The position numbers and the translations under genes were made by a program. A stretch of 64,000 nucleotides of DNA from positions 53,892 to 117,891 of the forward strand of contig CAZKYO010000004.1 of assembly GCA_964557115.1 (NCBI GenBank), read 5' to 3'. Shown one piece after another: positions 51,328-63,902 of this stretch (its first letter is position 1; the number at the start of each line of letters is the position of its first letter). Source of the stretch: an uncultured Gemmatimonadaceae bacterium (GTDB lineage Bacteria > Gemmatimonadota > Gemmatimonadetes > Gemmatimonadales > GWC2-71-9). The notes under the pieces were generated by a model. The model did no database searches, was not told where the DNA came from, and saw nothing but the letters and a program-made list of their open reading frames with translations.

Positions 51328-52931
51328 GCGAGCAGGACATGATGGACGAGGCGATCGTCGCGCTGCAGCGGGAATACCTGCGCGAGGCGCCCGCGCGCCT
51401 GGCCGAGCTCCGGAAGGACCTCACGGCGTTCCGGGCCGGCGAGGCCGACGCCCTCGAGTCGCTCCGGGTCCGCTTCCATCGGCTGGCCGGCTCCGGCGGC
51501 TCCTACGGCTTCCCTCGCGTGACCGAGATCGCGCGGGCGCAGGAGCAGCGCATCCTGACGCCGCCGGCGCCGACGCCCCAGGAGGCCGACCAGTTCGAGG
51601 AGGCGATCGACGCCCTCAAGGAAGCGCTCGACGCGACGATCCCGGATCCGGCCACGCCGCCCACCGCCGGCGGCAAGCTCCCCGCCTTCGGCTGGCGCAC
51701 CACGCTGCTGATGCCGGACTCGCCGCTGCGGCAGGAGCTGATCCGGGCGCTCGACGAGGTCGGCTTCATGGTCACCGTGCACGAGACCGACGTCGACCCG
51801 TGGAGCGTCCCGGCGACCGAGCGTCCCGACCTCGTCGTGGTCGGGACCGATCTCGGCGACGACCCGCTGACGCTGGCCCGCTACTGGGCGGCCGCGACGC
51901 CGGACCGTCCCCGCGCCGTGGTCATCGCCGACCCCGTCGAGCGGTACGACCGGCTGCGCACCGCGGCGGCCGGCGTGGACGCCGTGTTCGGTCCGTCGTC
52001 GCTGCCGCGCGGCCTGACGCAGTACGCCAGGGCGCTGGTGCAGATCGGCGCGCCGCCGGCCAACGTCGTGGTCGTCGAGGACGACCCGGCGCAGGCGCAG
52101 CTCTACGCCACCTGGCTCAACCAGATCAATGCCCGGGTCTCGGTGTGCGGCAGCGCCCAGGTCGCGCGCGACACGCTCATGAACGAGACGCCGGACCTCG
52201 TGCTCCTGGACGTGGACCTGCCGGACGTGGACGGCTACGCCCTCGCCCGGATGATGCGGCAGGAACCGCGACTCGCGCTGGTGCCGATTGTCTTCCTCAC
52301 CGCGCGGCAGACGGTGGCCGACGAGATGGAGGGACTCCGCGCCGGCGGCGACGACTTCCTGATCAAGCCGGTCGAGCAGAACCACCTGCTCCAGGTGGTG
52401 CTCACGCGCACCGAGCGGGGCCGCCGGATCCGGGAGCTGGTGCATCGCGACGGGCTGACCGGGGTGCTCAACCACGCGACCCTGATGGCGGAGCTGGAGC
52501 ACGCGATCGCCTACGCCGGCCGGCACGGCGAGCCGCTGTCCTTCCTGATGCTCGACCTCGACCACTTCAAGCGCGTCAACGACACCTTCGGCCACCTGGT
52601 CGGCGACCAGGTGCTGATGCACGTGGCCCGCGTCTTCCGGAAGGGCGTGCGGAACTCCGACCTCCTCGGCCGCTACGGCGGCGAGGAGTTCGGGATCATC
52701 CTGCGCCGCTGCCCGCCGGGCAACGGCCGCGTCATCGCCGAGAAGCTGCGCACGATGCTGGCGGAGTCGCCGATGGCGCCGGCCGGCGGTCCCGAGATCG
52801 CGCTGCGCGCCAGCATCGGCGTGGCGGCGTTCCCGGGCTCCGGCCGCACCGCGACCGAGGTCGCCGCGGCGGCCGACCTGGCGCTCTACCGCGCCAAGAG
52901 CGCGGGCCGCGACCGGGTGGAGATGGCCTGA
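51324..52931 (+). CDS. Hpt - degenerate receiver - receiver - GGDEF diguanylate cyclase
   Basis: Hpt motif FHRLAGSGGSYGF; receiver LVLLDVDLPDVDG...DFLIKP; GGDEF domain with RYGGEEFG active site and DxLT start (DGLTGVLN). 4-nt overlap with the TrmB gene. Confidence 0.85.
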   Translation: MSEQDMMDEAIVALQREYLREAPARLAELRKDLTAFRAGEADALESLRVRFHRLAGSGGSYGFPRVTEIARAQEQRILTPPAPTPQEADQFEEAIDALKEALDATIPDPATPPTAGGKLPAFGWRTTLLMPDSPLRQELIRALDEVGFMVTVHETDVDPWSVPATERPDLVVVGTDLGDDPLTLARYWAAATPDRPRAVVIADPVERYDRLRTAAAGVDAVFGPSSLPRGLTQYARALVQIGAPPANVVVVEDDPAQAQLYATWLNQINARVSVCGSAQVARDTLMNETPDLVLLDVDLPDVDGYALARMMRQEPRLALVPIVFLTARQTVADEMEGLRAGGDDFLIKPVEQNHLLQVVLTRTERGRRIRELVHRDGLTGVLNHATLMAELEHAIAYAGRHGEPLSFLMLDLDHFKRVNDTFGHLVGDQVLMHVARVFRKGVRNSDLLGRYGGEEFGIILRRCPPGNGRVIAEKLRTMLAESPMAPAGGPEIALRASIGVAAFPGSGRTATEVAAAADLALYRAKSAGRDRVEMA

Positions 52932-53013
52932 ATCGAGGTTTGCGAATCGAGACCGGCGAATCGAGGGCCAGGCACCGGCGCCTCGAATCTCCAGTCTCGA
53001 CTCGCGAATCTCC
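52930..53013. repeat. palindromic element, ATTCGCG-related, 14-nt period in the left arm
   Basis: gaatcgaggtttgc gaatcgagaccggc gaatcgaggg ... cctcgaatctccagtctcgactcgcgaatctcc. Fills the convergent gap between the GGDEF gene and lon. Confidence 0.7.
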
Positions 53014-53015
53014 TC

Positions 53016-55556
<2,541 letters not shown>

Positions 55557-55628
55557 CGGTCAGGCTCCTTTCGGCCCCAGGCCGAGCCGGCGCGACCGAA
55601 GCATCGCGCCATCAGGGAGACCCCAAGG

Positions 55629-55643
55629 GCATCGCCCGTGCCA
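55629..55643 (-). promoter_or_regulatory. sigma-54-like -24/-12 element upstream of lon (TGGCACG-N4-ATGC)
   Basis: The minus strand reads TGGCACGGGCGATGC, 73 nt upstream of the lon start. It matches TGGCACG-N4-TTGC except for one base. No enhancer-binding protein is seen nearby. Confidence 0.3.
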
Positions 55644-55822
55644 CTTTGGGGGGCCTCTTCCCTGCCGCGCTGGCCGTTCCACCCGCCAACGGGGCACGGG
55701 GTGCCGGGATCGCGGCGGCTTTCCTGCCCCGACGGCAGTGACCCGCGGCACGTTGCTCGCGGCGGCAACTCCGTGCAAATTCGGGGGTTGACCAACCCCT
55801 GCGCCACCTTCACGGGACGCCG

Positions 55823-57826
55823 ATGACCGATTCCGCCCAGTCATCCCTGCCGACGCTCCTCAAGGACGCGCTGGGTGACTCATACACGATCGAGGGAGAG
55901 ATCGGTCGCGGCGGCATGGGTGTCGTCTACCGCGCGCGGGACGAGCGACTCCAGCGTCGCGTCGCGGTGAAGGCCCTCCCTCCCGAGCTCGCCTTCCAGC
56001 GCGAGATCCGCGAGCGGTTCACCCGCGAGGCGCAGACCGCGGCGCGGCTGTCGCATCCGCACATCGTGCCGATCCACGACGTGGGCGAGGGCAACGGCCT
56101 CGTCTACTTCGTGATGGGACTGATCGAGGGTGAGTCGCTCGCCGCCAGGATCCGTCGCCGCGGACGGCTGCCGGCCGAGGAAGCGCGGCGGATCATGAAG
56201 GAGACGGCCGACGCGCTGTCGGCCGCCCACGGCCTCTCGGTGATCCATCGCGACATCAAGCCGGACAACATCCTCCTCGAGGGGACGCGCGGCCGGGTGA
56301 TGGTGACGGACTTCGGCATCGCGAAGGCGCTGTCCTCGACCGGCGGGTCGACGCTCACGAGCGCCGGCATGGCGATCGGGACGCCGTCGTTCATGAGCCC
56401 GGAGCAGGCCGCGGGCGAGAAGGAGATCGACGGGCGCAGCGACCTGTACTCGCTCGGCATCGTGGCCTACCAGATGCTCTCGGGCGAGCTGCCCTTCTCG
56501 GCGCCGACCGTCGCCGGCATCCTGATGAAGCACATCACCGAGCCGGCACCGCTGCTGCACGAGCGCTTCAAGGACGTGCCCGAGGACCTGTCGCTGGCCG
56601 TCTCGCGCTGCCTCGAGAAGGATCCCGAGAATCGCTGGCCGAGCGCCGACGCGCTGCGTCGTGCCCTGGAGAGCCGCAACGTCGCCGGCTATCGCCCCAC
56701 GGGGCTCGGCTGGCGCGCGGCGACGCTGCCCAAGGGCGCCCCGACCGGCCGCGGGACGCGGGCACCGACCGAGCGCACCGCCCGACGGCCGCTCGGCGAG
56801 CGGCAGCCGCGACCGCTGGTGGACCGCACCGGCACGCGCCCGCGCGACACGCTGCAGGGCCGCGGCAGTCTCCGCGACCGCGGCGCCTCGCGCAACCTCC
56901 CCGACCGGCCCCGCAGCCCGGGCCAGCTGGCCCGCGAGGCCGCGCGCCAGGCTCGGGAGGCGCGCGAGGCCCGGCGCCTGTCGCGGCGCGGCAAGAAGGA
57001 CGACGTCGTCCTGCCGGAGACCGGCGAACCGAAGGTGGTCCGGCAGGCGCGCGCGGAGTTCGCCCGGATCGCCGCCGTGGGAGGCGGGTTGTTCATGGTG
57101 AACATGTTCACCGGCCTCGATTCGCCCTGGTTCCTGTTCCCGGTCGCGATCATGTCGTTCGGCGCGTTCAAGCGCTACGCCGACCTCTGGCAGGCCGGCT
57201 ATTCCTGGCGCGACATCCTCCACCGCCCGGACGCGCCGGACGCGATCGCCTCGTCGCCCGCGAAGCGGATCAAGGGCGTGCGCCAGCTGCCGGCCCCGCG
57301 GGCCGACGAACTGGGCACGCACTATGCCCGGATGGCCGAGGTCCATAGCGACCGCATCGCCGTGCTGGGGCTGTTCGAGAAGCTCGGCGAGGCGGACCGC
57401 GCGATGGTGCCTGACCTGATCGAGACCGTCGACAACCTGTACCAGAAGGCGCTCGACCTCGGCACCGCGCTCCACGCGATGGACTCCTCGGTCACGCCCG
57501 ACGAGCTGCAGCGCATCGACCAGCAGCTCGAGGCGCTCCGTGCCCGCGACCAGAGCGAGGAGCGCGACCGGCAGGTGTCGATGCTCGAGCGGCAGCGCCG
57601 CTCGTGCCAGGAGCTGGTCGACAAGCGCGACATGATGGCCGAGCGGTTCACCAGCTGCGCCCTGGCGCTGCAGAACCTCCGCTTCGAGGTGCTGCGGCTC
57701 CGCGAGAAGGGGATCGGGGCGGTCGGCAGCGAGCTGACCAGCGCCACCCAGCAGGCGCGCGCGCTGTCACGCGACATCGACCACGCGATCGGCGCGGCGT
57801 CGGAGCTCAGGGAGAGCCTGGGGTAG
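55823..57826 (+). CDS. Hanks-type Ser/Thr protein kinase with C-terminal 2-TM and coiled-coil region
   Basis: GRGGMGVVY, VAVK, HRDIKPDNILL, DFGIAK, SPEQ. After a Pro/Arg-rich linker come two TM helices (AAVGGGLFMVNMF, WFLFPVAIMSFGAF) and a helical tail. Confidence 0.9.
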   Translation: MTDSAQSSLPTLLKDALGDSYTIEGEIGRGGMGVVYRARDERLQRRVAVKALPPELAFQREIRERFTREAQTAARLSHPHIVPIHDVGEGNGLVYFVMGLIEGESLAARIRRRGRLPAEEARRIMKETADALSAAHGLSVIHRDIKPDNILLEGTRGRVMVTDFGIAKALSSTGGSTLTSAGMAIGTPSFMSPEQAAGEKEIDGRSDLYSLGIVAYQMLSGELPFSAPTVAGILMKHITEPAPLLHERFKDVPEDLSLAVSRCLEKDPENRWPSADALRRALESRNVAGYRPTGLGWRAATLPKGAPTGRGTRAPTERTARRPLGERQPRPLVDRTGTRPRDTLQGRGSLRDRGASRNLPDRPRSPGQLAREAARQAREAREARRLSRRGKKDDVVLPETGEPKVVRQARAEFARIAAVGGGLFMVNMFTGLDSPWFLFPVAIMSFGAFKRYADLWQAGYSWRDILHRPDAPDAIASSPAKRIKGVRQLPAPRADELGTHYARMAEVHSDRIAVLGLFEKLGEADRAMVPDLIETVDNLYQKALDLGTALHAMDSSVTPDELQRIDQQLEALRARDQSEERDRQVSMLERQRRSCQELVDKRDMMAERFTSCALALQNLRFEVLRLREKGIGAVGSELTSATQQARALSRDIDHAIGAASELRESLG

Positions 57827-57827
57827 C

Positions 57828-57925
57828 GCGACAAGCGACCCGCGACAGGCGGCAGGTGCAAGCGAAAAGGCCGGCTCCCCTCGGGGACGCCGGCCTTCTG
57901 CGCATGTCGCCCGTCGCGTGTCGCT
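57828..57925. repeat. heptad-arm palindromic element (GCGACAG family) with inner hairpin; likely bidirectional terminator
   Basis: gcgacaa gcgaccc gcgacag gcggcag gtgcaag - aaggccggc tcccc tc gggga c gccggcctt - ctgcgca tgtcgcc cgtcgcg tgtcgct. The last heptad overlaps the E1 stop codon, and TTTT follows the hairpin on the minus strand. Confidence 0.85.
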
Positions 57926-60041
57926 AGAACGCCAGGATCTCGTCCATCGCGCGGCGCAGGGACTCGACCTGCGGCAGGATCACGTCCTCGAGCTCCGGCG
58001 CGTAGGCGACGAAGGTGTCGGTGGCGGCGACGCGGCGCACCGGCGCGTCGAGCCAGGCGAAGTGGTCGTCGGCGATGCGGGCCGCGATCTCGGCGCCGTA
58101 GCCCCACGACAGCGAGTCCTCGTAGGCGACGATCACCCGGTTGGTCTTGGCCACCGACGCGCCGATCGTCTCCCAGTCCACCGGATTGAGCGAGCGGAGG
58201 TCGATCACCTCGACCCGCCGGCCGGTCTCCTCGGCGAGCTGCCGCGCCGCCTGCACCGCGCGCTGCACCACGGCGCCGTAGGTGATCACCGTCGCGGCGT
58301 CGCCCTCGTGCACCACCTTCGCCTTGCCGAACGGCACCATGAAGTTGGGCCCCGGATAGGCGCCCTTGTTGTAGGTCTGGCGATAGAGGTGCTTGTGCTC
58401 CAGGAACAGCACCGGGTCCTCGGAGCGGATCGCGGTGCGGAGCAGCCCGTTGGCGTCGAGGGCGGTGGCCGGACAGACGACCCGGAGCCCGGGCACGCCG
58501 GTGAAGATCGCGGCGCCGGTCTGCGAGTGGTACACCGAGCCGCCCTTGAGGTAGCCGCCGTAGGTGACGCGGACGACGACCGGCGCGCTGAAGGCGTTGT
58601 TCGACCGCCAGCGCATCAGCGCCAGCTCGTCGCGCAGCTGCATGTAGGCGGGCCAGATGTAGTCGAAGAACTGGATCTCGACCACCGGCTTCATGCCGCG
58701 GGTGGCCAGGCCGATGGCCCGGCCGACGATGTTCGCCTCGGCAAGCGGCGAGTTGTAGACGCGGCGGCCGCCGAACTGCTTCTGCAGCCCCCACGTCACC
58801 TTGAAGACGCCGCCCTTCCCCTTGACCGCCTCGAGGTTCCCCTCGCGCGAGCAGTCGGCCACGTCCTCGCCGAAGACCACGATCCGCGGGTCGCGGGCCA
58901 TCTCGTCCTTGAGGCACGCGTTGAGCAGGTCGACCATGGTGGTCGGCTCGCCGCTCGACTGCGGGTCGTCCTCGGTGTCGAACTGCTCGGCGGTCGGATC
59001 GACGTCGGGCGAGTAGACGAACCGCTCGATCGTCTCCGGGCCGGGCTGCGGCGAGGCGAGCGCCACCTCGGTCGCGACGGTGACCTCGTCGTCGGCCTGC
59101 TGCCGGATCAGCTCCAGCTCCGACTCGGTCGCGATGCCCTGGTCGACCAGGTAGCGCGGGAAGGTCACCAGCGGATCGCGGGCCGCGTCGGCGTCGCGCT
59201 CGGTGGTCGGGCGGTAGTGGACCTCGTCGTCGGACAGCGAGTGCGAGTACGGCCGGATGACGTGCGCGTGCACCAGCGCCGGCCCCTTCCGCTGCCGGGC
59301 GTAGTCGTGCGCCTTGAGCATCGCCTCGTGCGAGGCGAGCGGGTCGCACCCGTCGACCTCCTGCACGAACAGCCCCGGGAACGAGGCGACGAGCTTGCTG
59401 ATCGAGCCGCCGGCGGTGTTGACCTCGACCGGGACCGAGATCGCGTAGCCGTTGTCCTCGATCAGGTAGACGACCGGCAGCTTGAGGTTGCAGGCCGAGT
59501 TGAGCGATTCCCAGAACTCGCCCTCGCTGGTGGTGCCGTCGCCCGAGGTGCAGAGCACCACCTCGTCGCCGCGGCTCAGGTCGGCCAGCTCCATGGCGCC
59601 CTCGGACCGCATCCCGGTCTCCGCCGCCCCGACCGCCTGGAGGAACTGGGTCCCCGTCGGCGACGACGTCGAGACGATGTTGAGGTCGCGGTGGCCCCAG
59701 TGCGACGGCATCTGGCGGCCGCCGGAGTTGGGATCATCCGCCGCCGCGACGGCCGAGAGGAGCTGCTCGGTGGCGGTCATCCCGAGGCCGAGGCAGAGCG
59801 CCCGGTCGCGGTAGTAGAGGTAGAACCAGTCGTGGCCGGCGCGGAACACCTTCGCGGTCGCGGCCAGCACCGCCTCGTGGCCGGCGCCGGAGATCTGGAA
59901 GAAGATCCGGTTCTGGCGCTTGAGCTGGATTTCCTTGTCATCCAGCCGACGCGACAGGTACATCACCCGGTAGAGGTCGAGCAGCTCCGACTTGTCGAGT
60001 CGGGTGGCCGCCTTGGAGCGGGATGCGGTGCGGGTAGCCAT
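57924..60041 (-). CDS. fused alpha/beta E1 component of a 2-oxoacid dehydrogenase (TPP-dependent)
   Basis: Start at MATRTASRS (60041). The alpha part has the TPP motif [10 protein letters not shown]; the beta part has FGEDV..... GGVF ... transketolase-like pyrimidine and C-terminal domains. The upstream track extension only translates the palindromic element. Confidence 0.9.
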   Translation of the reverse strand: MATRTASRSKAATRLDKSELLDLYRVMYLSRRLDDKEIQLKRQNRIFFQISGAGHEAVLAATAKVFRAGHDWFYLYYRDRALCLGLGMTATEQLLSAVAAADDPNSGGRQMPSHWGHRDLNIVSTSSPTGTQFLQAVGAAETGMRSEGAMELADLSRGDEVVLCTSGDGTTSEGEFWESLNSACNLKLPVVYLIEDNGYAISVPVEVNTAGGSISKLVASFPGLFVQEVDGCDPLASHEAMLKAHDYARQRKGPALVHAHVIRPYSHSLSDDEVHYRPTTERDADAARDPLVTFPRYLVDQGIATESELELIRQQADDEVTVATEVALASPQPGPETIERFVYSPDVDPTAEQFDTEDDPQSSGEPTTMVDLLNACLKDEMARDPRIVVFGEDVADCSREGNLEAVKGKGGVFKVTWGLQKQFGGRRVYNSPLAEANIVGRAIGLATRGMKPVVEIQFFDYIWPAYMQLRDELALMRWRSNNAFSAPVVVRVTYGGYLKGGSVYHSQTGAAIFTGVPGLRVVCPATALDANGLLRTAIRSEDPVLFLEHKHLYRQTYNKGAYPGPNFMVPFGKAKVVHEGDAATVITYGAVVQRAVQAARQLAEETGRRVEVIDLRSLNPVDWETIGASVAKTNRVIVAYEDSLSWGYGAEIAARIADDHFAWLDAPVRRVAATDTFVAYAPELEDVILPQVESLRRAMDEILAF

Positions 60042-60083
60042 GCCCGGAAAATGGCCCGGCAGGAGGGGTTCGGGAAGGGCGGC

Positions 60084-60188
60084 TGAATGGTGAATGGTGA
60101 ACGGTGAATGGGGGTGCCCCCGTCGGTCCGGAGCCCTCCCGGCGACCGGGCCGACCCCCCATTCACCATTCACGATTCACCATTCTCC
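60084..60188. repeat. heptad-arm palindromic element (GGTGAAT/ATTCACC family)
   Basis: tgaatgg tgaatgg tgaacgg tgaatgg - 47-nt GC-rich spacer with inner inverted repeat gtcggtccgg/ccgggccgac - ccattca ccattca cgattca ccattct. Lies between the amidohydrolase stop and the E1 start (same strand). Confidence 0.9.
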
Positions 60189-61852
60189 TACTGATAGACC
60201 ACCTTCCCGCCGACGATCGTCGCCAGGATCCCGGTGGTCCGGATCGAGTCGGGGGGAATCGTCCGGATGTCGTGATCGAGCACGGTGATGTCGGCGGCCA
60301 TCCCGGCACGCAGCACACCGCGGCGCGCCTCGCCGAAGGTGCCGTAGGCATTCGCAGCGGTGTAGGCGTGCAGCGCCTCGTCGACGGTGATCTTCTGCTC
60401 CGGATACCAGCCGCCGGGATTCTTCCCGTCGAGCGTCTCCCGCGTGACGGCGGCCCAGATGCCGAGCAGCGGGTCGATCGGCGCGACGTACCAGTCGGAG
60501 CCGAACATCAACCGGGCGCCCGAGTCGAGCAGCGAGCGGAAGGCATAGGTGCCGCGGAGCTGGGGTTCGCGGATCCGCTTGGCGGCCCAGCGGCCGTCGT
60601 CGACCGCGTGATACGGCTGCATCGAGGGCAGCACGCCCAGCGCCGCGAAGCGCGGGATGTCCTGCTGGCGGAGATGCTGGGCGTGCTCGATCCGGAAGCG
60701 CCGGTCGCGGGCGCCGTGCGCCGTGAACACCGAGTCGTAGATGTCGAGCAGCAGCGCGTTGGCGCGGTCGCCGATCGCGTGCACCACGACCTGCAAGCCG
60801 GCCGAGTCGGCGGCGCCGATCCAGGCGCGGAGCGAGTCCTCCGGGGTCACCAGCAGGCCGTGACTCGACGGCATGTCGAGGTACGGGTCGAAGAAGAGCG
60901 CCGTGGTGGAACCGAGCGAGCCGTCGACGAACCCCTTGACGCCGGCGAGGCGGATCCAGTCGTCGCCGGGGCCGGCGCTGTCCCGCGTCGCCGCCACCGA
61001 TCGCCATCCCCCGAGCGGCGGGTAGAAGGAGACCCGCACCGTCTGCATCCCCGCGGCCCGGAGGCGGCGGGTGGCGCCGATCTCCTGTCCGGCCGAGACG
61101 GCCGACACCGCGACGATGCCCTTCCGGTTGGCGTAGCGCATGGCCGCGACGACGAACGAGTCGGCCTGCGCGTCGGTCGGGGCCGGGATCGCGGCGTAGA
61201 GCGGCCCCATCGCCTCGTCCTTGAAGATCCCGGTCAGTTCGCCGGCGGCGTCGCGGACGATCGTCCCGCCCGGGATCTCGCGCAGCGAGCGGTCGAGATG
61301 CGCGGCCTCGAGCGCCTTGGTGTTGGCGAGTGCCATGTGGCCGTCGAGGCGCTGGATGAAGACGGGGTTGTCGGGGGTCACCGAGTCGATCCAGTGCCGG
61401 GTCGGCAGTTCGCCTCCCCAATTCTCGTGGTCCCAGACGCCGCCCAGGATCCACTCTCCCGGCTGCCGGGCCCTGGCGAACTCGGCGATCCGCCGGATGA
61501 ACTCCGCCGGCGTCTTCGCATCCCGCAGGTCAACCGAGGAGAGGCCGATCCCTCCATCGAGCAGATGGACGTGCCCATCGGCGAACCCGGGGACGATCAA
61601 TCCCGAGGAGGTGGCAATCACCTCGGTCTTCGAACCGACCAATGCCGCGATCGTGACGCTGTCGCCGATCGCAAGGATCGAATCCCCGGCGATCGCCATC
61701 GCGGCGGCTTCCGGCTGGGCCGAGTCGCCGGTCCAGATCCTACCGAACAGGGCGATCGAGGCGCGGGGGCCACCCCCCTGGCAGGCCAGGGTGCCGATGA
61801 GGAGGAGCGCCGGGACGAGCCGCCAGCGGGCGGCACGCGAGCCGCCCCTCAC
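60188..61852 (-). CDS. amidohydrolase family (YtcJ-like, amidohydrolase 3) lipoprotein
   Basis: GTG start, lipobox LLLIGTLACQGG, metal site GFADGHVHLLDGG, later VHAIGD and a C-terminal D for the binuclear site. Confidence 0.85.
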   Translation of the reverse strand: MRGGSRAARWRLVPALLLIGTLACQGGGPRASIALFGRIWTGDSAQPEAAAMAIAGDSILAIGDSVTIAALVGSKTEVIATSSGLIVPGFADGHVHLLDGGIGLSSVDLRDAKTPAEFIRRIAEFARARQPGEWILGGVWDHENWGGELPTRHWIDSVTPDNPVFIQRLDGHMALANTKALEAAHLDRSLREIPGGTIVRDAAGELTGIFKDEAMGPLYAAIPAPTDAQADSFVVAAMRYANRKGIVAVSAVSAGQEIGATRRLRAAGMQTVRVSFYPPLGGWRSVAATRDSAGPGDDWIRLAGVKGFVDGSLGSTTALFFDPYLDMPSSHGLLVTPEDSLRAWIGAADSAGLQVVVHAIGDRANALLLDIYDSVFTAHGARDRRFRIEHAQHLRQQDIPRFAALGVLPSMQPYHAVDDGRWAAKRIREPQLRGTYAFRSLLDSGARLMFGSDWYVAPIDPLLGIWAAVTRETLDGKNPGGWYPEQKITVDEALHAYTAANAYGTFGEARRGVLRAGMAADITVLDHDIRTIPPDSIRTTGILATIVGGKVVYQ

Positions 61853-62097
61853 CGGCGGGCCAGCTGCCGAAGTGCCTCGAGCCGCTCCAGGGCGGTCCGG
61901 CCGCTCGACGCCGGGGCGGCGGGCGCCACGGCGAAGAGGTCGCGAATGTCGAGCAGGATCTCGAGCATCAGCTGGTCCCTCATGTAGGCGTTGTCGAGGT
62001 CTTCCATCCGGGCCTGCTGGGACTCGGTCTTGGCGCGGTCATAAGACTCGCGATAGATCTGGTCGAGATTATTGAGAATTCGTTCGCGAGAGCGCAT
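61849..62097 (-). CDS. small hypothetical helical protein
   Basis: 82-aa ORF MRSRERILNNLDQIYRESYDRAKTESQQARMEDLDNAYMRDQLMLEILLDIRDLF..., charged and helical. Its stop overlaps the amidohydrolase GTG (GTGA), suggesting coupling. Confidence 0.5.
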   Translation of the reverse strand: MRSRERILNNLDQIYRESYDRAKTESQQARMEDLDNAYMRDQLMLEILLDIRDLFAVAPAAPASSGRTALERLEALRQLARR

Positions 62098-62170
62098 CGG
62101 TCTGCCTGTGGCGAATCTGGACGGTTGGGGGATGGGCGCGAACGGCACGAAAGTCGCGATTCTGCAGCGC

Positions 62171-62629
62171 ATGAATCTACCGCCCCGCCGTCCCGACGCG
62201 GGCATCACCCTGGTCGAGTTGCTGACGGTCGTCGTGATCCTCGGGATCCTGACGGCCTTTGCGACGCCCAAGATCTACCAGAAGGTGAACCGGACCAAGG
62301 TCGACGAGGCGGCCGGTGTGGTCGCCCAGGACCTCGAGCAGGCGGTCTCGCTGGCGGCCCGCCGACGCAAGCCGGTGCAACTGATTCTGGTCAACGGCAC
62401 CTCCTACTCGGTGCGGGATCGCGCCTCCTCTCCCAACGACTCGCTGCGGCTCTATCGGTCGCTGGCGCGGACCGGCGATCAGGGAGTCACGTCGGTCGAG
62501 TTTTCCCGGACGCCGGTGCAGGTCTTTCCGGACGGCACGACGGACGGGGCTCTCACGGTGACGCTCAACGGGGCGGGGCTCGCCCGGACCGTGACACTCT
62601 CGGCCGCGGGCCAGGTGAGGATCAATTGA
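62171..62629 (+). CDS. type IV minor pilin / GspH-FimT-like pseudopilin
   Basis: Prepilin N-terminal methylation motif AGITLVELLTVVVILGIL after a short leader; about 150 aa. Confidence 0.8.
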   Translation: MNLPPRRPDAGITLVELLTVVVILGILTAFATPKIYQKVNRTKVDEAAGVVAQDLEQAVSLAARRRKPVQLILVNGTSYSVRDRASSPNDSLRLYRSLARTGDQGVTSVEFSRTPVQVFPDGTTDGALTVTLNGAGLARTVTLSAAGQVRIN

Positions 62630-62634
62630 GCGGC

Positions 62635-63021
62635 ATGCGGCGGACCGACGGCTTCACGGTCGTCGAGGTCCTGGTCTCCGTCGTGATCCTCGGCACGGCC
62701 GGCCTGGCACTCGCCGGCCTCACTGCCACCGCGGCGCGACGCGCGGCGACGTCGGGGGCCGTGGCCTATCGCGCGGCAGCGATGAACGCCGAGGTCTCGC
62801 GGATCGCGGCGCTCCCGCCCGGCACCCTCGCCAATGGAACGACGACGCGTACGGTGACGAGTCAGCCCTTTCCGTACACGATGAGCACGGTGACCGCGAC
62901 CAGCGGCAACGTCCAGACCGTGACGATCACGATCACCCCGACCGGCCAGCGCGCCGTCGCCGCCCGCAGCCGAACGTTGACGCGGTCAGCCAGCTCGGGC
63001 AGCAACCCCTTCAACCCGTGA
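62635..63021 (+). CDS. type IV minor pilin (PilV-like)
   Basis: MRRTDGFTVVEVLVSVVILG prepilin-type motif; small size. Confidence 0.75.
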   Translation: MRRTDGFTVVEVLVSVVILGTAGLALAGLTATAARRAATSGAVAYRAAAMNAEVSRIAALPPGTLANGTTTRTVTSQPFPYTMSTVTATSGNVQTVTITITPTGQRAVAARSRTLTRSASSGSNPFNP

Positions 63022-63899
63022 CCCCCAACGTGACGGACCGGCGCCGTGGCCTGACCCTGGTCGAGCTGCTCACCTCCCTCGTGATGACGGCCATCATCGG
63101 GAGTTCGCTGGTGTCCATGATGCTGGCGATGAGCAGGTTCACCGAGCGGACGGAGGGCCTGCGTGGCGCGCGGCGGGCGGGGCGCGCCGCGGTGAACGCG
63201 CTGGTGTCCAATCTCCGGATGGTCGACCCCGCCTGGGGAGTCGAGGCCGCATCGGCCTCGTCCGTCACCCTGCGGATTCCGTATGCGCTGGGACTCGTCT
63301 GCAGCAGCACGGCGTCGCTGCAGACCGCCATGCTCCTCCCCGTCGACAGCGTCATGCTGGCCCGCCCGGGACTCTCCGGCTATGCGGCCCGCGGGAGCGA
63401 CGGTTCGATGACCACCGTGACCGCCACCCTCGCGGTGAGCTGGCCAGGGAGCACCCCGGCGGCCTGCGCGAGCGCCGGCATCCAGTCCATCGCCGCCCCC
63501 TCGAGCGCTCCGAATGCCAAGACCCGGCCGGTGACCCTGGGAACGGCCGGGATGACCGTGCTCCCGACCGGCACGCCGATCCTGCTGTTCCGCCGAGTGC
63601 GGTTCTATTTCGGTGCCTCGGCGCAGGCCGGCCTGAGCGGGCGGACGGCGCTGTGGCGTGATGACCTCGATGACGGCCTGGCGGCCACCGAGCTCGCCGG
63701 GCCCTTCGATGCGAGCGCGGCATTCCGCTTCTACAACCTGGCGGCGACCACCGCCCAGACCACCGTGCCGACCCTGACCGACATCCGCGGGCTGGAGTTC
63801 TTCCTTCCTGGCGAGAGCGACCGGACGGCCCGGCGCCAGGCATCACCGGAGCAGGCCGACATGACGACCTCCGTCTTCTTCGCCAATCGGAAGAGCTGA
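63018..63899 (+). CDS. type IV minor pilin (PilW-like)
   Basis: GTG start overlapping the previous stop. RRGLTLVELLTSLVMTAIIG prepilin-type motif; about 290 aa, as for PilW. Confidence 0.75.
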   Translation: MTPNVTDRRRGLTLVELLTSLVMTAIIGSSLVSMMLAMSRFTERTEGLRGARRAGRAAVNALVSNLRMVDPAWGVEAASASSVTLRIPYALGLVCSSTASLQTAMLLPVDSVMLARPGLSGYAARGSDGSMTTVTATLAVSWPGSTPAACASAGIQSIAAPSSAPNAKTRPVTLGTAGMTVLPTGTPILLFRRVRFYFGASAQAGLSGRTALWRDDLDDGLAATELAGPFDASAAFRFYNLAATTAQTTVPTLTDIRGLEFFLPGESDRTARRQASPEQADMTTSVFFANRKS

Positions 63900-63902
63900 A
63901 CG

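Noticed and set aside
60042-60173. N-terminal extensions of track ORFs: E1 (MNGEWG...FTIHHS), cls (28339..29985 ...EERTENGEQRTEY) and the propeller lipoprotein (12195..13499 ...SEIRGAFPDLESPIANL)
   Set aside because: The extra residues are just translations of the heptad elements or intergenic DNA. Downstream ATGs give proper N-termini (MATRT..., TM helix MSLSTW..., lipobox MAFALALLLAACGG).
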